From contig NC_091475.1 in NCBI RefSeq assembly GCF_036971445.1, positions 2,976,001 through 3,040,000 on the forward strand: 64,000 bases of DNA, written 5' to 3'. Positions within the stretch are counted from its first letter, which is position 1. Each line of letters begins with the position of its first letter. The notes below the pieces were generated by a model. It worked only from the letters and a program-made list of their open reading frames with translations, was not told the origin of the DNA and ran no database searches. A program made the position numbers and the translations under genes. Below, one piece after another: positions 24,427 through 39,000 of this stretch. The stretch comes from Narcine bancroftii. Its lineage: Eukaryota.

Positions 24427-26104
24427 ATGATGAAGGTACTAAATGAAGCACTGTTTCATTTTCATTATAGGAGAGGAAACCTACTACTATAAGATGGTTG
24501 CAATTTATGTAGCCTACTTGAAATGACATTAATATTAGAGTAAAATTGTTGACACTGTTCTCAGCTCCATAACAAAGAATAAATCTGCTGGGCTATTATC
24601 ACCAGATAGTATACATTGATGCAAGGCTACTTCTGCAAACAACCATGTTTTGACATGATATTTCAAAAGGGACCTTGTTTTACTTCATGGCCCTATGTTA
24701 TTATAAAAGCTTGGAGTGTCACTGTTATTTCTGAGTCTATTTTTTCTGTTTCATTATCTAAACACATGCAAGAAAACTGGGTTAATTCCCCTGTAAACTG
24801 TATCCTATCAAAAAAATCTCAACCTTGGCTGTCAAATTCATATAAACAGAAACCATTATCAGGAGTTGAAGATACAAAATATTTAGTTTCAGTTATTTCT
24901 TAATACATTAAAACAATTAGACATCTAAGTAAGCTCATGTTCCTGGCTTTTTTTTTCTGCTGTTTTGCAGAATTCAATTAAAAGCAGAACAATTCCAATT
25001 GAGAATCAAATTTTTAAGGCTGGCCAGCTCCACGCTTTCAGGTCGATCTGCTTGCATTGCTGAGAAACCAGATAAGTGGAAGGGTTGCTCTGCAAACTAG
25101 GTGGGTACCTCAGCCTGTCAACCAGCTCTGCAATTGAATGAGAGATGAAACTGAGATAAGGTGCAGAACATCGAATGACACAGGAAATATACATTCTTTG
25201 AGTAGCTCCACTCATTTAAACTACCACAGCTAAATTGCTTTTGAAACTTCTATTAAACCACACTGAAAACATTCTGCAAAGAGCAAGAAATGCATTATGC
25301 CACATACTTTTTAAGTAACTTTGCAATATATTTAGGCAAAATTCAGATGGAATAGGTACAAAGATGAATGTTGGGGTGGGAGGAATCATGTGGATTAAAC
25401 AAAAGTTCAATTGTAGGTTAGCAACTTGTCGAATACCCATATTTGGTCATTAAAACACTCCTAAACATGCAGGTTTCTACTCATGAGCAGTGGAATCTTG
25501 ATGAGAATGTTATGTGAACAAAAATATCAATGGGATTAGTGTAGATGGGTGGATGATGATCGGCTCAGACTCAGTGATCCAAAGGGACGGTTTCAATACT
25601 ATACCTCTCTATAATTCCACGACTGATTTGGGGAAATACGTAATTAAGCTCAGGTCACCTCACGGAGGAATCGAGCTAAAAATTAATTAAATAATATGTT
25701 GGTGATTAATGAGTTAAGTTACTTTGGAAACAGGCATGACTAGCATTTCCAAGGCTTCAAGAAACACCCATGAACATGCAGGAAATAGAGACATGAATCA
25801 TGTGCAAGCAGAAGGTACTTTGTTTAATTTGGCATCATGTTCATTGCAGACACTGTGGTTGATGGGCCTGTTCCTGTGCTATACTGTTCTATGACTGAGG
25901 GTAGGAATTTTAGTAAAGTGAATGAAGAGGAACTGTTCTCACAATTGTGGTTATATGAACAATTCCCTCAGAATGTAAGCAAGGATAAAGAATGGAATCA
26001 TCACAGGTTTAGTGGGATAGGGATTGAGGAGATGAAAGAGTTATGATTAGAGGGTCTGGACATAAATGGATAGAGAAGAGAGAAAGGAACAGAGTGGCTG
26101 GGAT

Positions 26105-27548
26105 ATTGTGGAGGTCTTGTTTGACAAACTTGATAGGATTCTTTGAGGATATAATGGGTGCGGTGGATAGAGGGGAACAGGTTGATGTTGTATATTTGGA
26201 TTTCCAGAAGCTTTTGATAAGGTGCCGCACAAGAGACTTATCAGTAAGTTACAGGAAAGTGGAGTCCGGGGAAGTCTATTGGCCTGGATTGAAAATTGGT
26301 TGTCTGACAGGAGGCAGAGAGTCAGGATAAATGGGAGTTTTTCAGGTTGGCAGAGAGTGGTAAGTGGGATGCCGCAGAGGTCAGTGTTAGGCCCACAACT
26401 ATTCATCATTTACATTGATGACTTGGAGGAGGGGACAAAATGTGGTGTAGCCAAGTTTGCGGATGACACCAAATTGAGTGGAAGGGCCAATTGTAATGAG
26501 GATGTGGAGAGTCTGCAGAGGGATATAGTTAAGCTATATCCGCAGAGGTCAGTGTTAGGCCCACAACTATTCATCATTTACATTGATGACTTGGAGGAGG
26601 GGACAAAATGTGCTGTAGCCAAGTTTGCGGATGACACCAAATTGAGTGGAAGGGCCAATTGTAATGAGGATGTGGAGAGTCTGCAGAGGGATATAGTTAA
26701 GCTGGATGAGTGGGTAAAGGTCTGGCAGATGGAGTACAATGTTAGTAAGTATGAGGTTATCCACTTTGGCAAGAAAAATAAAAGAGCTGAATATTATTTA
26801 AAGGGTGAAAAACTACAGCATGCTGTTGTGCAGAGGGACTTGGGAGGGCTTGTGCATGAATCCCAAAAAGTTAGGTTGCAGGTGCAGCAGGTTATTAAGA
26901 AGGCAAATGGAATGTTGGCCTTCATCGTTAGAGGAATTGTATTCAGGAGTAGGGAGGTAATGTTGCAACTGTAGAAGGTGCTGGTGAGGCCGCACCTGGA
27001 GTACTGTGTCCAGTTCTAGTCTCCATATTTGAGGAAGGATATACTGGCTTTGGAGACGGTCCAGAGGAGGTTTACTAGGTTGATCCCTGGGATGAAGGGG
27101 TTGACTTATGATGAAAGATTAAATCATCTAGGATTGTATTCGCTCGAGTTCAGGAGATCTTATAGAAACATATAGGATTATGAAGGGTATGGATTGAATA
27201 GATGTAGAAAGGTTTTTTGAGCTGGCCGGGGAAACTAAAACGAGAGGACACAGTCTCAAGATTCGGGGGAGTAGATTTAGGACAGAGATGAGGAACAATA
27301 GTTTTTCCCAGAGAGTAATGAATGTTTGGAATTCTCTAACCAGGGAAGTGGTTGAGGCTGCCTCATTGAACATATTCAAAATTCGGTTAGATAAATTTTT
27401 ACATGATAGAGGAATTGGGGGATATGGGGAGAAGGCAGGTAGGTGGAGTTAGGTCATAAATTAGATCAGCCACGATCGTATTGAATGGTGAAGCAGGCTC
27501 GATGGGCCATTTTTGGCCTACTCCTATTCCTACTTCCTATGTTCCTCT
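26105..27548 (+). mobile_element. 5'-truncated CR1 LINE with internal tandem duplication
   Basis: ORF 26222-26974 with KFADDTKL motif present twice. CR1 3' tail ...cctacttcctatgttcct. Confidence 0.93.
26372..26703 (+). repeat. 164-bp tandem duplication with 4-bp filler (atat)
   Basis: 26372-26535 and 26540-26703 differ at one position that I could see (tgtggtg vs tgtgctg). Confidence 0.95.
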
Positions 27549-30085
27549 GAGGTTGAGGGGAAGGAACCAGCCACAGAGAAATCCCTATTTTGAAGATGAA
27601 GAAATTTGTGATTACTGCACTCTTGTTGGAGTGGAGAGTGAGGATGGGAGGCAACAATTTAAGGAGATTGTGAGGTTTCCAAGTAGCTCATACAGTCTTA
27701 GATTGGTGGAAGGATAAAGCATCAAGTGTCTGGTGACTCCCTCTTAAAATATTTAGGATTTCTTTCAATTCAGATTCATTAGGAAAATCCTATTTCAGTG
27801 CAATAATCGCCATATAACTTTTTTCCCCCCTGTAAAACAATTTCCAGTTTGGCCACATCACACTTAAAATGATATCCTTGAACTGAGTATCAAGCACACC
27901 ATCATCAATCCTATGGCCAAAGCCGTGTTCACAAACAATTTCAATTTTAGAGAAATTCGATAGTACAGATGAAGACCGGCATTTTTTTTTTGGGCAGAGA
28001 AGCCATCTCATCTGATTGTGAAGCAAGTCAGATTGATAAGGGCATTAAGAACAGAAATTGTGGAGGTTCTGGCCACATTCTTCCTAAGGTGTGAGAACTT
28101 GAGTGCAAACCTAATACCCTCAGCAGAAAATTGAGATATAAAGGTTTTGCCAGCCAGTCTCCTATCAATACATAGAACAATGATCTAACATAAAATTAAT
28201 TGTTGCTTGGAAAAATCTGGCTGAACAAATGTCAAGCAGTGCCAATATGTTAAAAGTAAATTTCTGTAGATTTGACTAACTTTGTTAGCAATCCATGAAA
28301 ATGAAATATGAATAGAAATTAGAGTTGAAATATCTTTATTTTAAAATACTACAGAATAAACATGTTAAATGAGCTGAATTTTTACAAATAAAGAGGCAAT
28401 TGGAGAGGAGCAATGAACTTGGCCAGCTTGCTGAGAGATGAGAGGAGTTGAGAATACTTTCAAAGTGGAGAGCAGTGATAGGTAATAGGAGGCCTGCTCT
28501 TTATGATGGTTATTTAGGGTTTCACGGTGCACTATTTTCAGGTTTGTAGATGGGACATAATTTTTAAAAAGTTGTGTGTAGGGAGAGGGGTAGATCAGCG
28601 AGAGATGGAGTGATGAAATAGGAAACTCGTGGCACATGAAAGAAAAGTGTGAAGTAATGTATTTTTGTAGGAAGAACAGAGAGTTACAATATCTACTGAA
28701 GGTTCAAGAGAAAGAGACACATAAGCACAAATCTGGGGTTGGACATCAAACCTTTCAAAGGAACCAGTTTAAAGCGGAGAGTTTGAAAAGTTTAAAAGCG
28801 TTCAAGGTCCTTGGTGTCCAGTCAGGCACACAAATGTCAGGAAGTTGGAACATGCTGCGACATGTTAAATGATCCAGTTTCCATGAAAATTATAAATGAA
28901 AACAGGGAATTACTGCATTGACCACATGATCCTTCATTTTCATTCTTGGTTTCTTTCTGAGTGTTCACATTATGGGTGGGGCATCCATGAACGTGAAACA
29001 CAAGGATTGGAGTGCACATTTCGATATATGGAGCCTTGGTGAAACTACATGAGTTCTGACCTCTCGACTTAAGAAAGGATAAGCTTTCCAGCGAGAGAAT
29101 AAAATGAAGTTTCAAATGAGGATTTGTTGCACCAGGAGTGATTATGCAAACTGTGCTCAATTTACCTGTTGAGAAGAGATGATCGCATTCAAAAGTATAC
29201 ACAGGGTTTGATAGGATGGAGGCACCCACTGATTTCTGGATCTATCCTATCACCAAAGATTTTTTCCACCAATCAAATAGTAGCCAACGTGAATCAGTAT
29301 GCCCTTGACCAGCAATCCCTTACAGTGGTTACAACATCATTGCTGACTCTCACTTCCCAACCACATCTTCCCAACCCCAATTCTAGGCCAGAGAATTTGA
29401 AAACAAGCATTTTTGATTTATCTTTACAGAATACAGGTTAAGCCCAGCGAGAGGCCTATGACCAATTCCAGCCAGCACCACATTAGTAAATATTAAAGGC
29501 TTTGGAAAAGAATGCAGAGGAAATTTGCCAGAATGGACTTATCAATGTGTTAGAGGCTAGGATTGGTCTTCTTAGAGCTATGAACACTAGTAGGAGGTTT
29601 ATTAGAAGTGCACAATTATGAAGGATTTTGATGATGTACATGTAAAGTACAACTTTTTCTCATACCGGAAAAATGACTAATCAGGCATAAAGTTTTAAGG
29701 AGATTGGCTATAGAATCAGAGGAATTCGAGGAAGATGTTGTTCACACAGTGAGTTATGATCTGGAATGATGGAAACATTCAGTGATATCTATTATCAGAA
29801 AATTGAATAAATACTTGGAGAGGAAATATTTAGAGACACACGAGGGAGCATTGATTCGATAGCTCTTTCAAAGAATGGCTAAATTACCTGCTTAGGACTT
29901 TATCATTATATAATTGTAAATAATTATAGCATTCTCTTGTTTGATGTAGGATCTCCCTGCTCTTCAAATTAGTGTCTTAGAATCATGTTTGTTCATCTGA
30001 TCAGAAAAGAATAAATCCAGATAACACCCAATCCAAATCTTGGTTAGCTAATCTGGTTGTGAGCCAGATATGGAAGAGGAGGTGC

Positions 30086-31273
30086 TGTTATGAACTAACA
30101 ACCCTTTTAATTTTTCAATTGGGACTAAAGGGTTTTTGTTAGCTCTAACACAGGAACAGCGATGGAAAATTCACCAGACAAAGGTAAATTCAAAATAATA
30201 GATTTTAATGACACCATTAATAACATAACATTTCTTAATTAACTCTAAATTTAACCCCACTTTGCACAACTTTGTGTGCATGTGTGCGTGATAAAGTCCC
30301 AACCTCTGAAAATTCCATTTTAAAACTTCAGCATCTTTTTCATCTTGCTTGAAGATCTTAAATTTTCAGTTCAGAAATAATTATAAAGCAGTTTTAAACA
30401 TCATTTCTTCAGGCCTTTTTAAACTCACAATTCTTTCAATGAGTTGTCCTGAAGAGATATTCTTCAAACAGAAGTGACCATCTTCTGGGCCACAAATGTA
30501 TCTCCTGTGAATAGAAGTAGAAGTCCTGCCTTTCCAGGAAGTCAAGCCTTCTTCTTTTGAATGAAGACTTTGGAATCTGTGTTTCCAAACAAAACTGTTC
30601 TCTTTATTTTAAAGAGACAGTCAGAAGTAGGCTTCTCTTTTGAAATCTACTTATTCTGCGTCCCTGTTTTCCCCCCCTCCCCCCCTCCCTTTTGTTAGGA
30701 GTAGCACAGGCAGCTTTTCTCCTTCTGCAGGAAATATTGCTGCTGTTTAGTTCTGCATTTTATCAGAATGGTGAGTTTCCTTAAACTGACTTCTTTGTCT
30801 TGGATTTTAATAATATATTTCTTGCAAATCTCTCAAGTCACACAGTATGTGACATCATTTCTGTCTTTGAAGTTCATAATGTCTTTTTAGACTGAGGTGC
30901 TAAAAGCATTCAAGTCCACTTTCTTACAGAATCAAAGTAATTAACTTTGTTGAATGGTTCTCTTCTGGTTCTGGGCTGTCTGCCCACATAGACACAGAAT
31001 GGCTGTGTGTTTACACAGGCGTTTCTGAAATAACACCTACTGTTTTCAGTATTTCAAAACTATCATATATCCTTTCATCCTTTTGGTTTCTATTGCAGAA
31101 GCAACCATTCCGTCTTTAAAACTGGCTTCTGTCTTCCATCTCAAAGAACCATGTGTTTGTAAAATGTAAATGAGTCCTGTCCACCCAAACTAACTTATTA
31201 GACCATATCTAGATAAAATATAGATTTAACATTAAACTAAGGATTAATACTGTATTAACACAGATCCATTACA
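30086..31273 (-). mobile_element. Solo LTR (~1.19 kb)
   Basis: TG...CA termini with 4-bp TSD gtgc/gtgc. Reverse-complement similarity in layout to 3481-4216 and 56530-57370. Confidence 0.75.
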
Positions 31274-32869
31274 GTGCTTTTCAACCTGAATGAGCATTGA
31301 TTAGAACACAAGAGGGCAAGGTATGCTCAGATGGAAACTGAGTTCAAGAAGGATGTGAAAAGAAAGAAGTAAGTAGATTTTGGGAAAGAACCATGGCTTG
31401 TTGAGATAGCAGGAGTATAGCAGAGTGAGAACTCAAAAACAGGAGAAACTATCTGGTGCAAAAGCTTTAATAGAACATCAAATACGACAACCCTTTACAG
31501 GCCCTTCGGCCCTCAATGGTTGTGCTGACCTATATATTCCTTCCTCAAAAAACTAAACCCTTCCTACCTTGTAACCCTCTATTTTTCTTTCATCCACGAG
31601 CCTAATGTTTTAGCTTCCTCCACCATCCCTGGCAAAGCAATCCAGGCACCTCTGTAAAAAAAAAAACATCTTGCCCTGATATCTCCCCTAAATTTTCCTC
31701 CCTTCATTTTATGTAGACAACATTAAACGGTGGACCATCATCAAATTAATTTGGCACATAATAAGTAAAACTTAACAGTGGTGATTTCAGGAAAAGATGC
31801 TATGTCACTGCATTTGAGCCAAAGATTTTAAAAATTGAAGGGTTTGGTGGGGTATGTTCTTCTGGGCTCAGTTTTCTCTATTTGTTGTGCCACATAATCC
31901 AAACTTCCCAGATTCAGGACCAGGAAAATCTACTCCAATATCATCTAATGCTTGTAACTTCTGATCAGTTCAAAGAATTTTGGGGTGAAAATTCAGTTCT
32001 GAATAATAATACTCAAACCATACAGAAGTAATTGTCTCCACATATTAAATTCCACTGAAGTCAGTGGGCTCAGTTCAACCACTTGTCAGGAGTTTAATCC
32101 CAGTATTTGAAGAGGGAGTTTTTTGCTCCATTAGATGGTTTCACGATTCAGGATTTCATGTAGATAACAAATGGGTCTTCAAACAGTAATACTGTTACCT
32201 GGGTGCTGATATATTCAATCGTGCTATTGTGACACGTTCTGATTCTGACTTTCAAGTTACAGCAAAACCTTTGAAGCAATATGGGATTAATATCTAACTG
32301 CTGCTTTATTCTTGGAATGACCTCTGTAATGGGAGTCATCATTGTTCCCATGTTTATCTGGAACAGTTTCCTGGCCATTTCTTTGGTCATATTATTGCTT
32401 GCCTGCAACTCTCTCTCGGGGTATTTTATGCCAGTTTCATTGTTCAAGGTCACTTCTAGGAAGGAGTTGCTATAAACAACTGAATGTGTTAATGTCAGGT
32501 TGTACCAGCTTGTAATTCAGTACCTACGTGATTGAGTTAAGAGATTTTCATAAGAAAATATTTTGAGCTAAGTCATACATACTTGTGTAATGACCTGTTA
32601 ATTTCCCATTGCAACTTGTTATTGAAGAAACTAATAGAAGCCACTGGAAAAATTGACTTTGTTCCTCAGTCTGCTAATCTTAAAATGTCAAAATATTTTT
32701 ACATCCATTTACAGCAAGCAGTTTTTCACAGAATCTGATCTGAACAGGCATATTAATAGAAATAAAACTCAGCAAGCACGCCAGCAGAGAGAGGTCCCTT
32801 TACCATGGGCTGATTTGGATGCTTAACTGTATACGTGGTCAGGACAGTGAGACTAAATACGAGGAGTTA

Positions 32870-33370
32870 TAAAGTTGTACGGTATGGAAACAGTCCCTTC
32901 TGCACAACTTGTCCAACCTGAGCTAGTCTCACTTGTCAACATTTGACCCATATCCCTGTAAACCTTTCCTGGCCATGTACCTCCTGAAAAGTTTTTAAAC
33001 ATTTAATTGTACCTGCAAATACAGCTTCCTCTGGTAGCTCATTCCATGTACACACCACTCTCTATGTGGAAATGAAATAGGCTGTTGTCCCTTTTAAAGT
33101 TTACCCCTCACACCTTAAGCCTATTCCATCATGTGTTACTTTCCTACCCTGGGGAAAAGAAGACTGTCACCATTCACCTCATCATTTTAGAAACCTCGTT
33201 CAGGTTCCCCCCCCCTCCCCCTGCCCCACTCCCCCCAGCCTTCTACCCTCCAGAGACTATCTAAACTTCTAATTCTGACCTTCCAGTCCTGGTAATATCC
33301 TTGTGAACTTTTTCTGCACTCTTCCCAGGTTAATGACATCTTTCCTACAGCTGGGTGACTGGCACTGCAC
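32870..33370 (-). mobile_element. Degraded CR1 3' fragment
   Basis: Reverse-strand similarity to the CR1 3' regions elsewhere in the window. Confidence 0.65.
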
Positions 33371-34946
33371 TTTCAACAGAAGTATTGTAGAATGATTCTG
33401 CTGTATTTTTCACAGAATTCAGTAGGTACCTCTCTTTCTGTAATGTGAACTCTCTTCAAAACACTACGATTAACTTTGCTGAGTTCCATTACATGCATGT
33501 CTTTTCTGTAAATACAGATGAGAAATACTTGTTTATCATCCCTCCCATCTTCTTTGATTCCCCACAGACCGCCTCATTGATCTTTAATGGGCTATATTCT
33601 TTCATTTGTTGCTTTTTTTTTGCCCTTAATAGATGTAAAATTTCTTTGAATCCTCTTTTACCTTATCTGTCAGAGCTATCTTATGTTCCTTCTTTGCCCT
33701 TCTGATTCTCCTCTTGGGTAAACTCCAATATAGTCATACAGTGTGGAAACAGGCCCTTTGGCTAAGCTTGTCCACGGAGACCAAAATGTCCACCATCCTC
33801 TAGTGATTCACTTCATCCCATCTGACTATTCCTGAGATATACATCCTTTTTCAGAAAAGAGAAGAAGAGATTATGACCAAGATGGAATGGGTCCTTTATG
33901 TTGTTGGCTGCTTTCTCGAGGGGAGGCTGTTTTGCATGATGGCCTGAACCACATTCACAACTCTCTGCAGTTCCTTGAGTCTTGGTCAGAGCAATTCCCA
34001 TACTAACCTGTGATGCGTCTGAACAGGATACTTTCTCTGGCGCAAATAGAATTGGTAAGCATCGTTGAGGACATACTGAGTTTCCTTAGACTTCTGATGG
34101 AGTGGAGGCAGAGCATCAATGTGATTTTGCCCCAATTTAGGACATTAAACTGTGGACCAGTCCTATCCTTTTCCATGACTATTTTAGAACTGAGGCGTGT
34201 TCACTGGTCCCAAGTGTTCCTGCAGCATAGGTTTTATTAACCAGCAACTGTAATTTCTTGCGTCTCCAAGGATAAATCTTTCTTACTGCTGAAATGGAAA
34301 ATGATTCTATTCAAGTCTCGATGATTGGTATGATCTCATTTGGAATACAGAGAAGAACCTAAATACAGTTTCAATTTGCATATATTCTCTGTCATTCCTT
34401 TTACGCAAAAGAGAAAAAACAAATCTGTTTCCGGAGGATCACTTCTGGTGTTGAGCCCAACTTGAGAAGATTTTAATATCCTGATTAATTTCTGATTCAA
34501 TAATTTATACTCCCAACATAGATGCTTTTGAAAATTAACAAGAAAATATATTTTAGTTTACAATTTACAGGTCTTTTAATAATTTAGAATAAAGCATTTG
34601 ATAGCAGATCAAGAGGAAAATCCATCTTGGATTATTTCACATCATAAGGTTAGCAGCATTTAATATTTTGTGAATAACTTGCGTTGATATTCAATCCACT
34701 TTATTTTAAATAAAATAGTATAAATTGCTAGAATATGTGACCTGAGTATTGAGTGTGAAAGCAGAATGGTTCAAGGAATTAGAGTTCTGTCGCTGTAGCT
34801 GCTTTGTTAACTGACAATCTCGTTCCTAATACAGAACTTCAAATTTAAAGCGGTGCTGAATTTACCCAAGAGTTTACATGAAAGTTAAATCCACTGGTAA
34901 ATTTAAATATGAGACAAATGCATGATTCTTGGCAATGTTTTTTAAC

Positions 34947-36082
34947 TTTAGTTAAGAAGGTGCAGTCTTTAGGTATAAATTTTGAGATAGTCAAATGGAT
35001 TGAACATTGGCTGAAAGGGAGAGGCCAGAGAGTGGTAGTGGATAATTGTCGGGTTGGAGGCCGGTGACCAGTGGTGTGCCTCAAGGATCTGTATTGGGCC
35101 CATTGTTGTTCGTTATATACATTAATGATCTAGATGATGGGGTGGTGAATTGGATTAGTAAATATGCAGACGATACTAAGATAGGTGGAATAGTGGATAA
35201 TGAAGAAGGTTTTCAAGGATTGCAGAGGGATTTGGGCTGCTTAGAAAAGTGGGCTGAAAAATGGCAGATGGAATTTAATGCTGATAAGTGTGAGGTGCTT
35301 CATTTTGGTAAGAAGAATCAGAACAGGACATACGTGGTAAATGGGAGAGCATTGATGAATACAGAAGAGCAGAAAGATTTAGGAGTAACGGTACATTGTT
35401 CCCTGAAGGTAGAAACTCACGTGAATAGGGTGGTGAAGAAGGCTTTTAGTATGCTGGCCTTTATCAATCATTGCATGGAATATAGGAGTTGGGAGGTGAT
35501 GTTGAGACTGTATAAGACGTTGGTGCGGCCTCATTTGGAGTTCTGTGTGCAGTTCTGGTCGCCTAATTATAGGAAGGATATAAACAGAGTGGAGAGAGTG
35601 CAGAGAAGGTTGACCAGAATGTTACCTGGGTTTAAGCATCTAGAGTATAGGGAGAGATTGGACAGATTAGGTCTTTATTCTTTGGAGCGTAGAAGGTTGA
35701 GAGGGGATTTGATAGAAGTATTTAAGATTATGAAAGGGATAGACAGAGTGGATGTGGATAGACTATTTCCGTTAAGAGGAGGAAAGATTAAAACAAGAGG
35801 ACATGAGTTAAGAATTAAGGGGCAGAGGTTTAGAGGTAGCATGAGGGGGAACTTCTTGACTCAGAGAGTGGTAGCCGTGTGGAATGAGCTTCCGGGAGAA
35901 ATAGTGGCGGCGGAGTCAATTGTATTATTTAAGAAAAGGTTGGACAGGCATATGGATGAGAAGAAGATGGAGGGTTATGGGCATTGTGCAGGGAGGTGGG
36001 ACTAGAGAGGGGTGTTTGGTTCGGTGTGGACTAGAAGGGCCTAATGGCCTGTTTCCGTGCTGTAAATTGTTATGTTATGTTT
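34947..36082 (+). mobile_element. Young 5'-truncated CR1 LINE (RT C-terminal 319 aa open)
   Basis: ORF 35046-36005: SGVPQGSVLGPLLF, KYADDTKIG, LVRPHLEFCVQFWSP. (TGTTA)n tail. Confidence 0.95.
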
Positions 36083-39000
36083 ATTTGTTTTTACTTAGAG
36101 GGATCAAAACTTTTTACACGATATAATTAGTTTGTAGACAGGGTGAGATGCTTCATAAAATTAAATGTCCAACATTTAAATAAATCTCCTTTCTGATATG
36201 AGACCAAGGTTTATAATTACTCCACTATTATTAATTCAACACCAATAAATGGCCATCGTTCCCAACGAGAATTGTACACTCAGAATGAAAAAAATATTGG
36301 TGAATGGAGAATGCATGGATGCAACTTTTCTTCCAAGGTTTTGTGAGGGGCAAAAATCTTTCTGCAATTTACACCATTCAGACAATTGGTTGGGGTGGTA
36401 ACAACATGAGGATGCAGTTGATGTGTGAAAGTCTGGCTTTAGTTTATGCAGGAACACAGATTTCAGCAGCCAGAGATTTCCTAACTTGCGTTATGGAAAT
36501 GGATTTTCTACTGCATGATTAAAAGGAGTTGGTTGTGTACACTTGCGGCAGTGTCGTTGCTCCACTGGTGTGTGGAATCATTCAGTTGTGACTTAAGGTT
36601 GTTTATTTTTTCACTGACACCTGCAACAGTTCCATTGAGATATGGGGACCTTGTAGCTTTAGGCCCTTAGAATAAAAGGGAAGACTGACAGAGCAGGGCA
36701 GTGTACCAGGAGAGAGAGAACAGGTGACTATGTTGAGAGCAGGGAGTCGAAGCTCTATGTCAGATTGTTTGTTTTTGAAGAGTATGTCCATTCATTTGAG
36801 AGCAGAGTCATGATTTAAGCAATTCTGCTGATCCAAGAAATCAGTTTTAGCCAGTGGCTGTCGAGCTACCCATTACTGTGGATCTCCTTAGCTCTTGCTA
36901 CTTCCAGGCCAGTGCCAGAATGTTCATTTCTCCCCATTTGTAGTTCCCTGTTGTATAAGAGTTATGGGAATTCATTAGTAAAGAGAAGCTCATTCATTTC
37001 CTCTGTTGGTAGATACCAATAGATGCAGTCGGCATGGAATTTTCCGAGATTGCAGGGATCCCAGTGGTGAAATGATTATTTGAATCCACTTCTGCCTGTT
37101 GAGATTTCATGACTGAACCTGGAGGCATTTGGGATATGAAAGGGAATTGCTGCTTGAGTATGCTATTTGTCTGTGACCCTGGTCAGTGGGTAATCCACAT
37201 AAAATATGGGAAGCAGCAAGAATGCCAACATACTGCAAGTCCTTACTGAATGAGCTCTTTCAGCGATCTTGCTGGCCTAAAGGGATTTTTGGTCAAAGGA
37301 TATTTGTTCACCACCTGGCTTTTTCACTGCAGACTGCATATGAGAGAAGAACCCAGATACAAAGAGATGCATCACGGTGCCTTTCAACACTTCCTCTGTG
37401 TAAAGCATTCAGGAAATAACTTGTAATACAGCTTTTCATGGTCTGTTGGGTCCTCCACAACTTGAGCAGTTTTGGCCATTACAACAGCTTCGAGCAGGAG
37501 GTGGTCAGAAAGAGGAGGAAGAAGAAGGGAAGGGATGACACTGGGAGTCTCTTTGTAACTGGGCAGTCAGGGAAAGACTGAGTGCAATGCCACGTAATTA
37601 AAAGGTTGACTTGAATGGCTGTTTCACAGGAAATAGTGATCTATACCCACAGATACCAAGACCTTGAACATTCTGAACCACTTCATTAATTAACAACACC
37701 TTTGCATACCTGTGAAAGAGACTGTGGTTTTCACAATGGCCTCATAAGCTACTTGAGAACCTACAAAAATGTAGTGGATGCAAGTCATCCTAGATTCCAA
37801 AGAGGAGGACATAATGTTACCTTGGTGGCTGTGGACCCACAATGTAGTTGGTCTTCCCTAACCTGTGTTTAACCCTGAATTCCTTGAGAGGGATAAACCT
37901 TATCAAAACTCTCGGAACGGCGTAATTCAAACTAATATAACATAAAAATATAAGTAAATAACATAAAATATTACAAAAAATATTTTTCTTTGCATATTCT
38001 ATGGTTAAGAGGAAATGTATAAATTCAAATATAAAAGCTGCTGCAGTCTTGACCTGGAAGTAACAAGATCCAAGGAGATCCACGGTAATGCGTGGCTCGA
38101 TTGCCACTGGCTAAAACTTTGATTTTTTGGATCAGCAAAATTTCTTCAATCATTTACTCTGATTGAAAACTTCAAAAAAAAAGTAATCTGATATTCTCTC
38201 TCATATGAGTCTTGCATAGCTGGCACCAACTCTCCCTCCAGGCACAATTTATTCAGGTGATCAGATGATTTTAATCTGATCTGGTTGTAGTTCCTTTGCA
38301 AGTTGCCCAGGTTCATTGCCATATCCATCCCTCACCCCACATTATAAAGAAATAACATTGATTAATATTCCTTCCTTTGTAATTGTCTTTTACTCCCAAC
38401 AAGTCCATGCATCGTATCCAATGATTTCTCTTGGTCCTTATTATCAATCTTCATCCAGTGTTGTGATGGGAAGAGTTGAGAGTTTATCAGCACCTGGATA
38501 AAATGTTTTTAATCTATAGAAATTCCACAGCCAGACTTCAGATTTCTGTGGAGAAAATAGACAAAGAAAATTGTGACCTTGGGATAATTTTTTTTGTGTG
38601 TCAGAACACCTCTCTTGCAGGATTTTCAAGCTGCAGACTATTCCTCCATCCCACAAAAGTAACTTTAAGAATGACCCATGGCCTCTCATTGCATGCTAGG
38701 TAGAACATTTGGTGTGAGTCCAAAAATAATTTAAATACATCTTAGTTTTATTCTCTCTCCTACTTAATCTCCATCATCTTCCTATTGATTTATGCGCCTC
38801 TTGTTTGGCTTCCCAGTAATTTCACCTTATCTCCATTCTTTTTCCTTCTGCATCTATCTAAACTGAGAACTCACTTTATTTTCCTGATTCTTTGCATTTT
38901 AACTTTTTTCCTGCAATTGTACATCCTGTTTTTAAAAATTTCAACTCCTTTTTGAAAATTTCAGTTGTGTCCAGGAAGATTATTTTCTCTTACTGTTGCG

